From Myxococcota bacterium (GTDB lineage Bacteria > Myxococcota > XYA12-FULL-58-9 > JABJBS01), in assembly GCA_036339465.1 (NCBI GenBank), contig JAYZAY010000075.1, positions 1 through 31,159 on the forward strand: a stretch of DNA of 31,159 nt, given 5' to 3'. The notes beneath the pieces were generated by a model. The model ran no database searches, had not been told where the DNA came from, and worked only from the letters and a program-made list of their open reading frames with translations. The translations under genes were made by a program, and so were the position numbers. Positions 18,564 through 28,187 of the stretch are shown piece by piece (positions within the stretch are counted from its first letter, which is position 1; the number at the start of each line of letters is the position of its first letter).

Positions 18564-19925
18564 CTATCCAATGGCTGAAGTAAGGGCTCGGCTCACTTTG
18601 TGCGCGAGGTCGTCCACCACTTCTTTTTCGGGTCCTTCTACCAATACCCTAGCTTTTGACTCTGTGCCAGAATACCGCACCATGACCCTCCCGTCGGTAC
18701 CCAGGGTGGTTTCTGCCTGCTGAATCGCTGCCTGAACCTGTGAGAGTTCTTCGAGGGGTGGTTTGGTTTTCACCGGTAAGTTGACCAATGCTTGCGGATA
18801 AGGGACAAAAACGCCTTTGATTTCGCTGAGGGGTTGACCGCAACGTCGTAGAATTGAAAGTACCCGGAGGGCGCCAACCATGCCGTCGCCTGTGGTGGCC
18901 CAATCTAAAAAGACCAAATGCCCAGACTGCTCGCCCCCAAAGGAGTGTCCCGATTGACGCATTTTTTCCACCACGTAGCGGTCCCCCACCTGGGTTCGTA
19001 TAACCTTGCCTCCAAAGTTTGCCACGGCGCGTTCGAGTCCAAGATTGGACATGACTGTGGTTACCACCGTCTTGTTTGCCAGTAGGTTTGCTTCATTGAG
19101 GTCTTGAGCTGCCAAAGCAAGAAGGCAATCGCCATCCACGTCTTCCCCTTTTTCGTCGACCACGACCAAACGGTCGGCATCACCATCGAGGGCGATCCCC
19201 ACGTCGGCACTATGTTCCTTAACAGCGGCGCGAAGATTCTCAGTGTGGAGCGCGCCGCAATTGGCGTTGATATTTCGGCCATTGGGGGTGGTTCCAATGG
19301 CGATAACTTCTGCGCCCAATTCTTGTAAAACGATGGGTGCTACTTTGTAGGCGGCCCCGTTGGCGCAATCGACTACCACCTTAATGCCTTCAAAATCCAT
19401 CTCGGTTGAGATAGAACTTTTGAGTTTGACCACGTAGCGTCCGAGGGCGTCGTCGATTCGATAGGCTTTTCCGACGAGTTCTTGGGTAGGGCGTATCTGG
19501 TGGACGGATTCGTCTTCCATTAAGTGTTCCAATTCCAATTCGATACTGTCTGGTAGTTTAAAGCCGTCACGGGCAAAAATCTTGATGCCATTGTCGGCAT
19601 ACTGATTATGGCTGGCGCTGATCATGACCCCCGCATCGGCACGCATATTTTGGGTGAGGAACGCCACGGCCGGCGTTGGGAGAGGGCCTACAAAGAGGAT
19701 ATCGACGCCCATGGAGCATGCGCCACTGGCGAAGGCCATTTCCAGCATATAGCCCGAGAGTCGGGTATCCTTGCCCACCACAATTCGGTGCCGATGGTCG
19801 CCATCTCGGCAGTGGTGTCCTAGGGCCCTTCCTAGTTTAAGGGCCACTTCACTGGTCATTGGAAACTGATTGGCTACGCCGCGAATGCCATCGGTGCCGA
19901 ATAGCTGTCTGGTCATTAGATTCAT
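18564..19925 (-). CDS. glmM: Phosphoglucosamine mutase
   Basis: LFGTDGIRG, GKDTRLSGYMLE, MISASHN, DGDADR, VGDRYV, GGEQSGH, RYSGTE. Confidence 0.97.
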   Translation of the reverse strand: MNLMTRQLFGTDGIRGVANQFPMTSEVALKLGRALGHHCRDGDHRHRIVVGKDTRLSGYMLEMAFASGACSMGVDILFVGPLPTPAVAFLTQNMRADAGVMISASHNQYADNGIKIFARDGFKLPDSIELELEHLMEDESVHQIRPTQELVGKAYRIDDALGRYVVKLKSSISTEMDFEGIKVVVDCANGAAYKVAPIVLQELGAEVIAIGTTPNGRNINANCGALHTENLRAAVKEHSADVGIALDGDADRLVVVDEKGEDVDGDCLLALAAQDLNEANLLANKTVVTTVMSNLGLERAVANFGGKVIRTQVGDRYVVEKMRQSGHSFGGEQSGHLVFLDWATTGDGMVGALRVLSILRRCGQPLSEIKGVFVPYPQALVNLPVKTKPPLEELSQVQAAIQQAETTLGTDGRVMVRYSGTESKARVLVEGPEKEVVDDLAHKVSRALTSAIG

Positions 19926-19958
19926 CCTAACTTAGCGGCCGCCAAGCTAGATTGAAGC

Positions 19959-20882
19959 TTAATCGACCTTTTTCGATATCATTACCGTGGGGATGGGGCC
20001 AACCATGGTGGTACCAGGAGGCAGTCCTTCCTTGAGCTCTATTGACTTCTCATAACCCAGGCTCTCTTTCAAGAGTTCTGGTTCCACTGACACCCACGCA
20101 TTCAGCTTTTCAGCGGTGAGTTTGTCTAGGCTCAACCGGGGGCCGCGAATGACCACGGCAACAGCAGGCGGGTCCAAGCGCACCGGCATTTCATGGTCGA
20201 TTTTGTGATTAATTTCGACCGATGCGAAAACCCGTTGAATCACCTCTTCTTCCACCTTCACCACCACACGAACGCGTTTTTGGGTTAATCGCAGTGGAAA
20301 GGCTGGGGCGCGAAGATCAATTTCGGTGTCGAGATTGTCTGTGCGACCGGCGAGATCTAGGGCCGTGGTTTGTAGGTAGTCGAGATCTGAAACTGATCCC
20401 AATGGACCTGATACCCGAATATCGGGGGGTTCGATGATGACATCCGCGATGGCGTAGCCATAGGCGGGGCGATTGGGAAGTAATGCCTCGACCCTTACGA
20501 GGCGTTCGACTTTCTGGTCCACGGTGATATCCCAGGTGGATGGCCGAAAGCGCATGGCCTTCATGCCAAAGGGGGCCCCGATGTCTGAGGTTTTCAAGGC
20601 GTACTGTATGGTGGAGGGCTCCTTATAATCTTTGAGGTCCACCACGATTGGGTCGATCTTACTGAAATCACGGAATTTTACCCAGGGCCCCCGAAGCGTC
20701 ACTTCCAGTTGAGTCGGGAAATCACCGGTGAGCATGAGGCCGTTTGCGGTGCGATACTCAATGGGAAAACTGATTTCGATGGGTGTGGCACTCTCTACAT
20801 TGAGCACGATAAAGAGGGACACGGCGATACCAAAAGACAGAAGTTTTAGGAACCAATTATGTGTGATTTCGCCCAAGGCCAT
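19959..20882 (-). CDS. cdaR: YbbR-domain diadenylate cyclase regulator
   Basis: N-terminal TM NWFLKLLSFGIAVSLF; repeated YbbR motifs (VTLRGP, P..IRVSGP, PPAVAVVIRGP); lies between cdaA and glmM. Confidence 0.88.
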   Translation of the reverse strand: MALGEITHNWFLKLLSFGIAVSLFIVLNVESATPIEISFPIEYRTANGLMLTGDFPTQLEVTLRGPWVKFRDFSKIDPIVVDLKDYKEPSTIQYALKTSDIGAPFGMKAMRFRPSTWDITVDQKVERLVRVEALLPNRPAYGYAIADVIIEPPDIRVSGPLGSVSDLDYLQTTALDLAGRTDNLDTEIDLRAPAFPLRLTQKRVRVVVKVEEEVIQRVFASVEINHKIDHEMPVRLDPPAVAVVIRGPRLSLDKLTAEKLNAWVSVEPELLKESLGYEKSIELKEGLPPGTTMVGPIPTVMISKKVD

Positions 20883-20889
20883 CCCTTCC

Positions 20890-21750
20890 CTATCCCTTCC
20901 TGTTCATGAAGGCTGCGGTTGGATTTTTTGATGTTTGACAGGCATCGCTTCGGCCAGTCGTCTCATTTAGCTTGGGTTTTTCGATGAGGTCCAGATGTTT
21001 TCGCAGTACTTTCTTTAACATGGCCCCATCGAGATTGCGGGTGAGACTGCCACTTTCCACAAAGCTAATTTGCCCACGTTCCTCAGAAACGACGATTCCC
21101 ACCGCGTCGTATTCTTCGGTGGCCCCCATGGCCGCACGGTGTCGGGTGCCGATGGTGTTATCGATTCTGGGGTTGTGGGTGAGTTGGAGAAAGACAGCGG
21201 CGGCGCTCAGACGCCCATGTTGAATGATGGCCGCGCCGTCATGGGTCGGGCCCGGGGGTGTAAAGAGCTGAATCAGCAGCGGAGCCGAGAGATTGGCGTC
21301 GATGGCAAACCCTTTTTCTGCCAGGGCGGTGAGGTCTGCGCCTCGCTCGATAAGAATGAGGGCGCCGATTCGGTCTTTGGCCATGGCATCGGCGGCGCGA
21401 ACGATTTGGTCGACCCAATCCTCTTCGGTACGGTCTCGGTTGAATTCAAAGATGGACCGTTGGCCCACGCGGGAAAGTCCTCGTCGGATGTCGTTTTGAA
21501 AAAGTATAATGAGAATCAGCAGAAAGGAGCCCAGGAAGTTTTCTAAGAGCCAAGACACTGTCCGGAGGTTGATGAGTCTGGCGGCGATAAAAAGGGCGAC
21601 GATAAGGCCCAAACCCACCAAAACCTGTTGGGCGCGGGTTCCGCGGATGAGGAGAAGGACGCGATAGAGCAGCCAAGCCACCACCATGACGTCCACCAGC
21701 GACACGCCAATCGCTGCAAGTAAATGTGGCTCAAAATCAAAAATCATCAC
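20890..21750 (-). CDS. cdaA: Membrane diadenylate cyclase (c-di-AMP synthase)
   Basis: Three N-terminal TM segments, FQNDIRRGL, GALI.IER, HDGA, GTRHRAA, IVVSEERG. Confidence 0.95.
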   Translation of the reverse strand: MMIFDFEPHLLAAIGVSLVDVMVVAWLLYRVLLLIRGTRAQQVLVGLGLIVALFIAARLINLRTVSWLLENFLGSFLLILIILFQNDIRRGLSRVGQRSIFEFNRDRTEEDWVDQIVRAADAMAKDRIGALILIERGADLTALAEKGFAIDANLSAPLLIQLFTPPGPTHDGAAIIQHGRLSAAAVFLQLTHNPRIDNTIGTRHRAAMGATEEYDAVGIVVSEERGQISFVESGSLTRNLDGAMLKKVLRKHLDLIEKPKLNETTGRSDACQTSKNPTAAFMNRKG

Positions 21751-21990
21751 TGCCCAGGTTTGGGATACCCAGTCACAACGGCATCTTTCGTTGTGTTTGG
21801 GAGATAACCGCTTCTCTTTAATTGTAACGAAATTCTAGAAAACATCCAGATCTTTCCCGGGATGATTGTTCTTTGAGTGTTTTGAAAAATAGACACAGGT
21901 TTTTGCGTGACAGACGGCCGTGCTTCTAATAAAGATGGTACACTACAAGTGCATTAGGTTAATTTTGGTTCCCTCGGGCTCCATGAAAAT

Positions 21991-22358
21991 GGGGGCGACA
22001 GGTTTCGACGGGGATACTGAGATGTGCTCGGTGCGTGCCGTGGATGTCATGTGACCACGTAAATACCGTGTGACAAACTTTAAATGCCAACTCTGATGTT
22101 GAGCTCGCTCTAGCAGCTTAAAAACCTGCTGGGCGCGTCGGTCCCCGACTCTGCCAGTGGTTGGGGGTCACCGGCGCCAAAACAGCTGGCTGGAAGTTAG
22201 GGGGCGTCTCAGCGCTTAACTTCGAGAAAATCTGAGGCTAGCCATCTGAGCAGCCTGTCGATGGGCGTCTTTGAAGGTAAGATAAATCATCGACTACGCA
22301 CGTAGTACCACACGTTAACGGTTCTCGGACGCGGGTTCAATTCCCGCCGCCTCCACCA
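21991..22358 (+). ncRNA. ssrA: tmRNA; tag reading frame 22086-22121 encodes (A)ANSDVELALAA*
   Basis: 5' GGGGGCGACAGGTTTCGAC pairs with 3' CGCCTCCACCA; T-arm GCGGGTTCAATTCCCGC; tag ends LAA-stop. Confidence 0.96.
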
Positions 22359-22390
22359 CTTTCTGCCAATCTTACTCGCGGGAATTAAAC

Positions 22391-22445
22391 CCGCTAGGCG
22401 GGTTCCACTTACCTAGTTGGTCTAGAATCCGAGCCCGCCTAGCGG
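22391..22445 (+). terminator. 15-bp inverted repeat after ssrA, possible terminator
   Basis: CCGCTAGGCGGGTTC ... GAGCCCGCCTAGCGG (one G-U pair) around a 25-nt loop; U-tract is weak. Confidence 0.5.
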
Positions 22446-22609
22446 CGTGTTCGTTTCAAGACCAAGACGGACGTACCCGCCGCCACCACATGGATACATA
22501 AAATCGGCCGCAAACTGGATCGTAAAACACTTAAATGCACCCACGATTCACTTTGTTACTGGGAGATGATACCGGCGGAGAGGGACCCCGCCTTTTCGGA
22601 GGGGGATGT

Positions 22610-23134
22610 TTACTTCTCGGAGGTCTCGTTGAGGTGCTCCTGAATATAGCTTCGAATTTGGGCGTTTTGCTGTCGCACGGCATTCACCACGGCACGCTCC
22701 ACTTGAGCACCCACCAGCCACAGGTTGCAGTTCACTTCACCCTCGGTGCACCAGGTGACAGTGCCTTGGCTCTCGCTGCGCAGGGAGAACGCGCCCCGAG
22801 TGGAGCTGCCGATCAGGCCTGAGTTTTGCAGCTTCGTGCTCATGGTCCCCTGGTGGGTTCGAAAGTTGTAATCGGTGGTCTCCACGAAATCCATGGCGTC
22901 GGCGCCTAACACCGTCTTGAGAATGACTGGGACGGCTTCGCTTCGGGGTTGCACGAGGATCTCGAGGTGGAGGCGGTCTTCGAAGACCTCTTCTTTGAGG
23001 ACTTTGGAGTTGCTCCCCAGCTTATTGTAGAGTTGCTCGTTCCATTTGGGCTGCCGAAGGCAATGGTCTTCGTAGGTTTTGATGGGGTCGGTGGAGTTTG
23101 GAACGGTGTAGGTGTTGCTGCTGGCAAATTTCAT
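22610..23134 (-). CDS. DUF2505-like (START/Bet v1-fold) protein
   Basis: 174 aa; patterns MKF.....Y, PVILKTVLG, GEVNCNLWLVGAQVERAVV resemble DUF2505 proteins. Confidence 0.6.
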   Translation of the reverse strand: MKFASSNTYTVPNSTDPIKTYEDHCLRQPKWNEQLYNKLGSNSKVLKEEVFEDRLHLEILVQPRSEAVPVILKTVLGADAMDFVETTDYNFRTHQGTMSTKLQNSGLIGSSTRGAFSLRSESQGTVTWCTEGEVNCNLWLVGAQVERAVVNAVRQQNAQIRSYIQEHLNETSEK

Positions 23135-23424
23135 CTTTCTTTTCCTGGGGTGCTTGGTGGACGAAGGTAGTTTCGGTGGAATTTCGCAAAGGTTGCTTAT
23201 TGGTTCTCATAAGTAGGATAAAATGCTCGGGAGCTGATTCTAGGGAGCGATGCCGCTCATCTTCAAAACAAAAAAACAAAGGCCCGTTATGCACACCGAA
23301 AACCGTCCATTGGATAAAAACAGGGAACGCCCCATAATTATTCCAGGCTAACATTGACCACACAGTAGGGCTGAGGTCAAAGCAAGAAAAACAACGCTTT
23401 TAGGATGGAAATAGACAAGCACAG

Positions 23425-23622
23425 GTGGACTATGCGGGCGCCCCTCTCCATTGGTAAGTTCGCAACAAGTCGCAATTTGGTCAGGGTCTCTTCTCCAATG
23501 GCGAGGACACCCTCGGGATGCTGGGGCGGCAGATTCTCACCACCCACCTCTCCGAAAGCGATCACTTTTTACTGCTCAACCGTAGCAACCTCAAGAGGCT
23601 GAAAAAGCTGAAGAAGCTGAAG
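23425..23622 (+). pseudogene. Frameshifted fragment of a CsgG/HfaB-family lipoprotein gene
   Basis: Across three frames: VDYAG / PLSIGKF / NKSQFGQGLFSNGEDTLGMLGRQILTTHLSESDHFLLLNRSNL; no signal peptide or C-terminal half found. Confidence 0.6.
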
Positions 23623-24125
23623 CGAAATGGACCTCACCGACAGCACCGCGCAGCCCACCGGGTGCTGCTAGCCGTTCCCAACCACCTTTTATTATTATCT
23701 CAATTTAAACCTTAACGACACATATCCATTCCCACTGCCCAATAAATGCATTTCACTTTAGACTTACGCGCACCAAGTCGTATTATGCACACACAAAATC
23801 GTCCATAAACAGTTCATCCTAAGTAAGACCATTGTCTGTTATAGCGACAATGCATTGTCCTTGGAAGACTTCTCGAAAAAGCTCCCAAAGGATAAGCACG
23901 CGTTAAGTAATGCTCGATTTTCTACCTCAAAAACGTGGATGCATCGCTCTGAGAAACTCCCTGGGATCTCTGATTTGAAGTTAATCGACAACGAAACTCT
24001 TCCCCCACGGAGAAACCGGCCAAGGAATCTAGCGACCCATTTATTGAACGGGAAGGTCGTTCATGTGACCTTGCCGTTCAGCTGTAACTCTCTCCATAGG
24101 CAATCTCAGAATTGGGCATGTTAAG

Positions 24126-24527
24126 ATGCTAGGCCTTAGTGGAGATGGCCTTAATGAACCTTTTGTCACTGAGTTAGTTCGGGTGCAAACACTTGATAGT
24201 CGTCGGGACGGAGTCTATTTTTTTCGCAATAAACGAAACGGGCGCTTTGAAAAGCATCAAGTTACAGATGGACCTGGGCGCACGGCTTATGCCGCTCTTG
24301 GCTCGCTAAAACCGACTTCAACAGATCTTGGTGTGAGTGTGTTTGGAATGTATGCAACGGGAAGTCTCACCTTGCTTAAGGATATTCGATTTACTCAAGG
24401 CGAGGTAAGGCATGCACCGATGCTCCCTTATTGCCATAGGGTTAGCCTCCACACCTGCCCTGTATTTCAATTAAGAACATCCAAAAAACACGACTCTTCG
24501 CAACTCAATCGTGGGCGCTGCCGATAA
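24126..24527 (+). pseudogene. Possible remnant of an FG-GAP/VCBS-repeat protein
   Basis: LSGDGLNE and VYFFRNKRNGRFE resemble FG-GAP (DxxGDGxxD...lxxNxGxGxF) elements; the rest is degenerate. Confidence 0.3.
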
Positions 24528-24566
24528 ATCTTGCAAGCGCAAATCTTTCTTTATCGAGGTTAAACC

Positions 24567-26153
24567 ATGACAAAAATTCCAAGCAGCCTAAGTCAAACAC
24601 CTAATCCGACGATCACCACGCCAACCAGCGCCCCATGTAGGATACGTCCAGAGCCCCAGGCAACCTTAGGAGATAAATTCGAAAACGCTGCTTTTTATGG
24701 GCTAGATTCAGCCCTCGGAGCCTTAGCACGAAGCGGTTTCGCTGCCCCCACCATTCACAATGGGGTAAAACTACTGCAAAAAGCAGGGTTCGCCAGCGGT
24801 CATGCGCCCGAATGGTATGATTCCATCGCCAATAGTGCCAGCAAGTTATTCGAAGCCGAATATAGGCGGCGCCCCAATCGACCGTCGTTCGAAGACCTCT
24901 CTGCCAAACACATTTTCAATATGAGAACCGGATCCGAAATGGGAAAAGAACTCAAGGCAAACGATGCTTTTCATGACGCTTCTTTCGTTTCCGAACTTGA
25001 AAATATCAGTCATGCAAAATTCTCTGACGGCAACAAAGTGAGCTTCCTCATCGATGGCCCCCAAGCTTTCGAAAAGAGGTTTGAACTCATCGATCAAGCC
25101 AAAGAGTCCATCTATCTCCTTGTCTGGTACATTTACCCCGACGCCACAGGAAAAGAAATAAGTCGTCGAATCGCAGCTAAAGCTTCAGAAGGCGTGGACG
25201 TAAAAATCATCGTCGATGGCAAAATCGCCATGAGATCTAGCGGAAAAGAAACCCTGAAGGTCATGGAAGAAGCTGGCGCGAAAATCATTCGATTGACAGA
25301 CCCTGAAGACGAGTCCATTGGCAACCACGCGAAACTCCTGATTGTCGATAACAAGGCTGCCGTGGCCGGAGGCATGAATACGGGAAACTTCTATAGCCAC
25401 GCCCATAAAGTTGATAGCAATTACAAAGGGGAAAAATGGCGCGATACAGACATCCTTGTGGAAGGCCCTGCGGTGGTCGATTCCTTAGCCCTCTTCGCCG
25501 ATTATTGGAACGGTCAAGTATTTGCTCACAATTACGACTTACCACCTGTCTCAGGAAATCGTAACGAATTACTTGCCAAAGTAGGAACTCCAGGCAAGAG
25601 CAAAACCTCCATTGTAAGCCATGTGCCCAAAGGCGGGCAGCACTACGTCTATAACTCACTGATGAAAGCGGTCGAAGGTGCCACCAAATCCATCGAAATT
25701 GAAAACGCCTATTTCCTAACATTACCCGGCATGGAGCAACTCCTAGAAGCCGCCCTCATGCGGGGCGTGAAAGTACGCATCTTCACAAACTCAAACCTTA
25801 CTGTTGACGAGCCACTTGCGGCGGAACCTATTATGAATTCATTGCCTGCTTTAGCTGAAGTCGGAGCCGAAATATTTATCAAAAAAGGCGATACCCTACA
25901 CAGTAAATTTATGGTCGTCGATGACTCCTTCGCTTCCGTTGGCAGTTTCAACTTGCACCCAAGATCCCTCCATTATGACATGGAAATGGCTGTCAACGTA
26001 ATCGATCCCGAAGCCGCAACCTGCCTACGCCAAACCTTTGACAATGACATACGCAAAGAGGTTGCCAAACCCATCAAAACCATGGATGACATGAAAATAG
26101 AGTCCACATGGTTCAATCGTTTCATCGAAAGGTTCTTCTACGACCACCTCTAA
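24567..26153 (+). CDS. Phospholipase D superfamily protein (cardiolipin-synthase-like catalytic core, no TM anchor)
   Basis: Two HKD motifs NHAKLLIVDNKAAVAGGMN and LHSKFMVVDDSFASVGSFN; WRDTD and IENAYF; RBS GAGG. Confidence 0.92.
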   Translation: MTKIPSSLSQTPNPTITTPTSAPCRIRPEPQATLGDKFENAAFYGLDSALGALARSGFAAPTIHNGVKLLQKAGFASGHAPEWYDSIANSASKLFEAEYRRRPNRPSFEDLSAKHIFNMRTGSEMGKELKANDAFHDASFVSELENISHAKFSDGNKVSFLIDGPQAFEKRFELIDQAKESIYLLVWYIYPDATGKEISRRIAAKASEGVDVKIIVDGKIAMRSSGKETLKVMEEAGAKIIRLTDPEDESIGNHAKLLIVDNKAAVAGGMNTGNFYSHAHKVDSNYKGEKWRDTDILVEGPAVVDSLALFADYWNGQVFAHNYDLPPVSGNRNELLAKVGTPGKSKTSIVSHVPKGGQHYVYNSLMKAVEGATKSIEIENAYFLTLPGMEQLLEAALMRGVKVRIFTNSNLTVDEPLAAEPIMNSLPALAEVGAEIFIKKGDTLHSKFMVVDDSFASVGSFNLHPRSLHYDMEMAVNVIDPEAATCLRQTFDNDIRKEVAKPIKTMDDMKIESTWFNRFIERFFYDHL

Positions 26154-27262
26154 TCATCCCCTAAATACGATCACCATTAGAGTGCTGAGACCCGAAAAAT
26201 ATTCCCTAAGCCAAGACTTTATCAATTTCTGTGGTTAATCCCTTTATTCAAATCTTAGACTTGGTTGTCACTTCTCATCCCTGAGATATACACAAAACAT
26301 CAGGGAAACGTAGAATCATGAACCACAATCTTTCAAATATCTATGCATTTTCCTACTGGCAGCACTCTACCCAATTCCGCGCCATAGCCACCGCGCTCTC
26401 ACCCTCGACGACGAAAAAAATCGGGGGACATAAAAGATGGAACGATTCCCAATAACTGGGGCTTGGTTTCGCCATGGGTGACCGTGAAATTTTGCCGCTG
26501 CCTCTTACATCTTTGCCTATCCAATGGACCACATCCAATCACGAACCGTAACCCTCAACCTAGACCTCATACTATCCCTGACCGAACACTTTAAGATTTA
26601 GCTGAACCTGCCCTTGGTCATCCGTGACGTTTGGGCCACTCAAAGTGAGCCACAAATCAATTCGGAACAAATCCTACCCAAAAAATTCACCCATACATCG
26701 ATACCCGCGCCCAAGAACCATCCTTCAATCTTGCCTACCCATTCGCCAAAATTGATTGAGGCTACTTTGCCCGAGAATCAGGGTTCGCATTCCCCCTCGT
26801 AAATTATGGAATCTCCACAGGATTTCCTAAATCAATACCCACAAGTCACGAGCCATTTGTTATTCCTTTGGATGATCAACTGCTCTTGGGGGGCGTCATG
26901 CGACCTCGGCCATCACCTTCCCGAACCCCCCGCAATAGATTGCCAGAAATGACACTCAAAATCGAGGAGAGAGCTTCTTCAGGATGAACATTATCGCTAT
27001 CCTGAACGAGACACTCGTGAAGATAAGCAGCCAAAACTAAATCTGCCAAATGTTTGCCAATGACCATCCAAATTGAGCCACGATGAACCAATCCTCCTTC
27101 AGACTTTATCAATTCGAGACCGACACAAGCGGTATGCCATTTATCGCCTCCCGCCAAACAAATGGTTTTGGCTTTGGGGGTTGTTCACAATTATACTTTG
27201 GTAATTGGTCTTCATTTGTTGTAGGTCCCTCCCTACCCATATTTTTTAATTAGGAGCACAGA

Positions 27263-27913
27263 ATGAAAGAATTTTGGTTTGTGGGCATGTTGGCTTTAGC
27301 CATGTGTGCTGCCTGTGGTGGGAATGAGTCGACGAGTGAAGGCCCAAATACCGATACCAGCGTGAGTGCCGCTGAAGATAATGATGCGGTCACCTCTGGC
27401 GGTAGTTCGGAAACCTTAGTCTGTGGGGCTTCGGCCTGCGGAGGTGATCCGGCGGGAACATGGAATCTCGAAAGTTTGTGTAGTGTTTACTCTGATGTGT
27501 ACCCAGATCCTTCCTGCTCCGGTTCTCAATTTGAGGAGAAGGGGGTCGCCTCGGGGACTTTGGTTTTGAAGAAAGACAAAACCTATACGCGAAATCTAAC
27601 CTTCGGAACGACTCTAAAAATCAATTTCCCTCTCTCGTGTGGAAAAAGTTGTCAATCCTTGGCGGATGGCTACGATAAAAATTGGCCGGAAATTCAGTGT
27701 ACCCAGACAGCCACGGAATGTGTTTGTGAAGGTGCTGTGATGGACTCTGTAGATACTGCGGGTAGCTACAGCGTCACAGGAACCAGTCTCGCATTGCAAG
27801 ACACTGGCTCTACGGAGGGCGCGACCTTCGAGATTTGTGTGGGTAGCCAAACCATGGTTTTTAATACCCCGGGAAATCCGGCCTTCGGGGGCATGTTGTT
27901 TGTGCCTCAATGA
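27263..27913 (+). CDS. Cys-rich lipoprotein of myxobacterial type
   Basis: RBS AGGAG; lipobox CAA-CGG; acidic Ser/Thr linker; ACGGDPAGTW motif; many Cys. Confidence 0.8.
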   Translation: MKEFWFVGMLALAMCAACGGNESTSEGPNTDTSVSAAEDNDAVTSGGSSETLVCGASACGGDPAGTWNLESLCSVYSDVYPDPSCSGSQFEEKGVASGTLVLKKDKTYTRNLTFGTTLKINFPLSCGKSCQSLADGYDKNWPEIQCTQTATECVCEGAVMDSVDTAGSYSVTGTSLALQDTGSTEGATFEICVGSQTMVFNTPGNPAFGGMLFVPQ

Positions 27914-28187
27914 GAGCACTGAGAAATCCTATGCCGCTCTAACCGGGATACGAGACACCCCGTAGGCCCTACCCCTCTTCGGGACTTATGGGGAACATGG
28001 CCATTACCATCAAGCCAGATTCCATCCATCCTCCCATATCTGATGGCTTTTATAAGGGGTTCTCCTCTCAGCCCCATGATGTGCCACTATGCCACCAGGG
28101 TTGCGCCTCAGTGACCTCCCGATTACCTCTTTCCTTGTGAAAATAGAGACTCAAAGTACTCGAGTGTGTTCCCGATTGATCTACACT

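Noticed and set aside
13912..21676. Numerous antisense or overlapping ORFs (e.g. 13912..14310, 15839..16375, 21070..21546)
   Set aside because: Shadow frames of well-supported housekeeping genes
26154..27262. ORFs 26353..26538, 26614..26802 and 26876..27157
   Set aside because: Short, no clear RBS or motif; possibly decayed coding DNA but unidentifiable by eye
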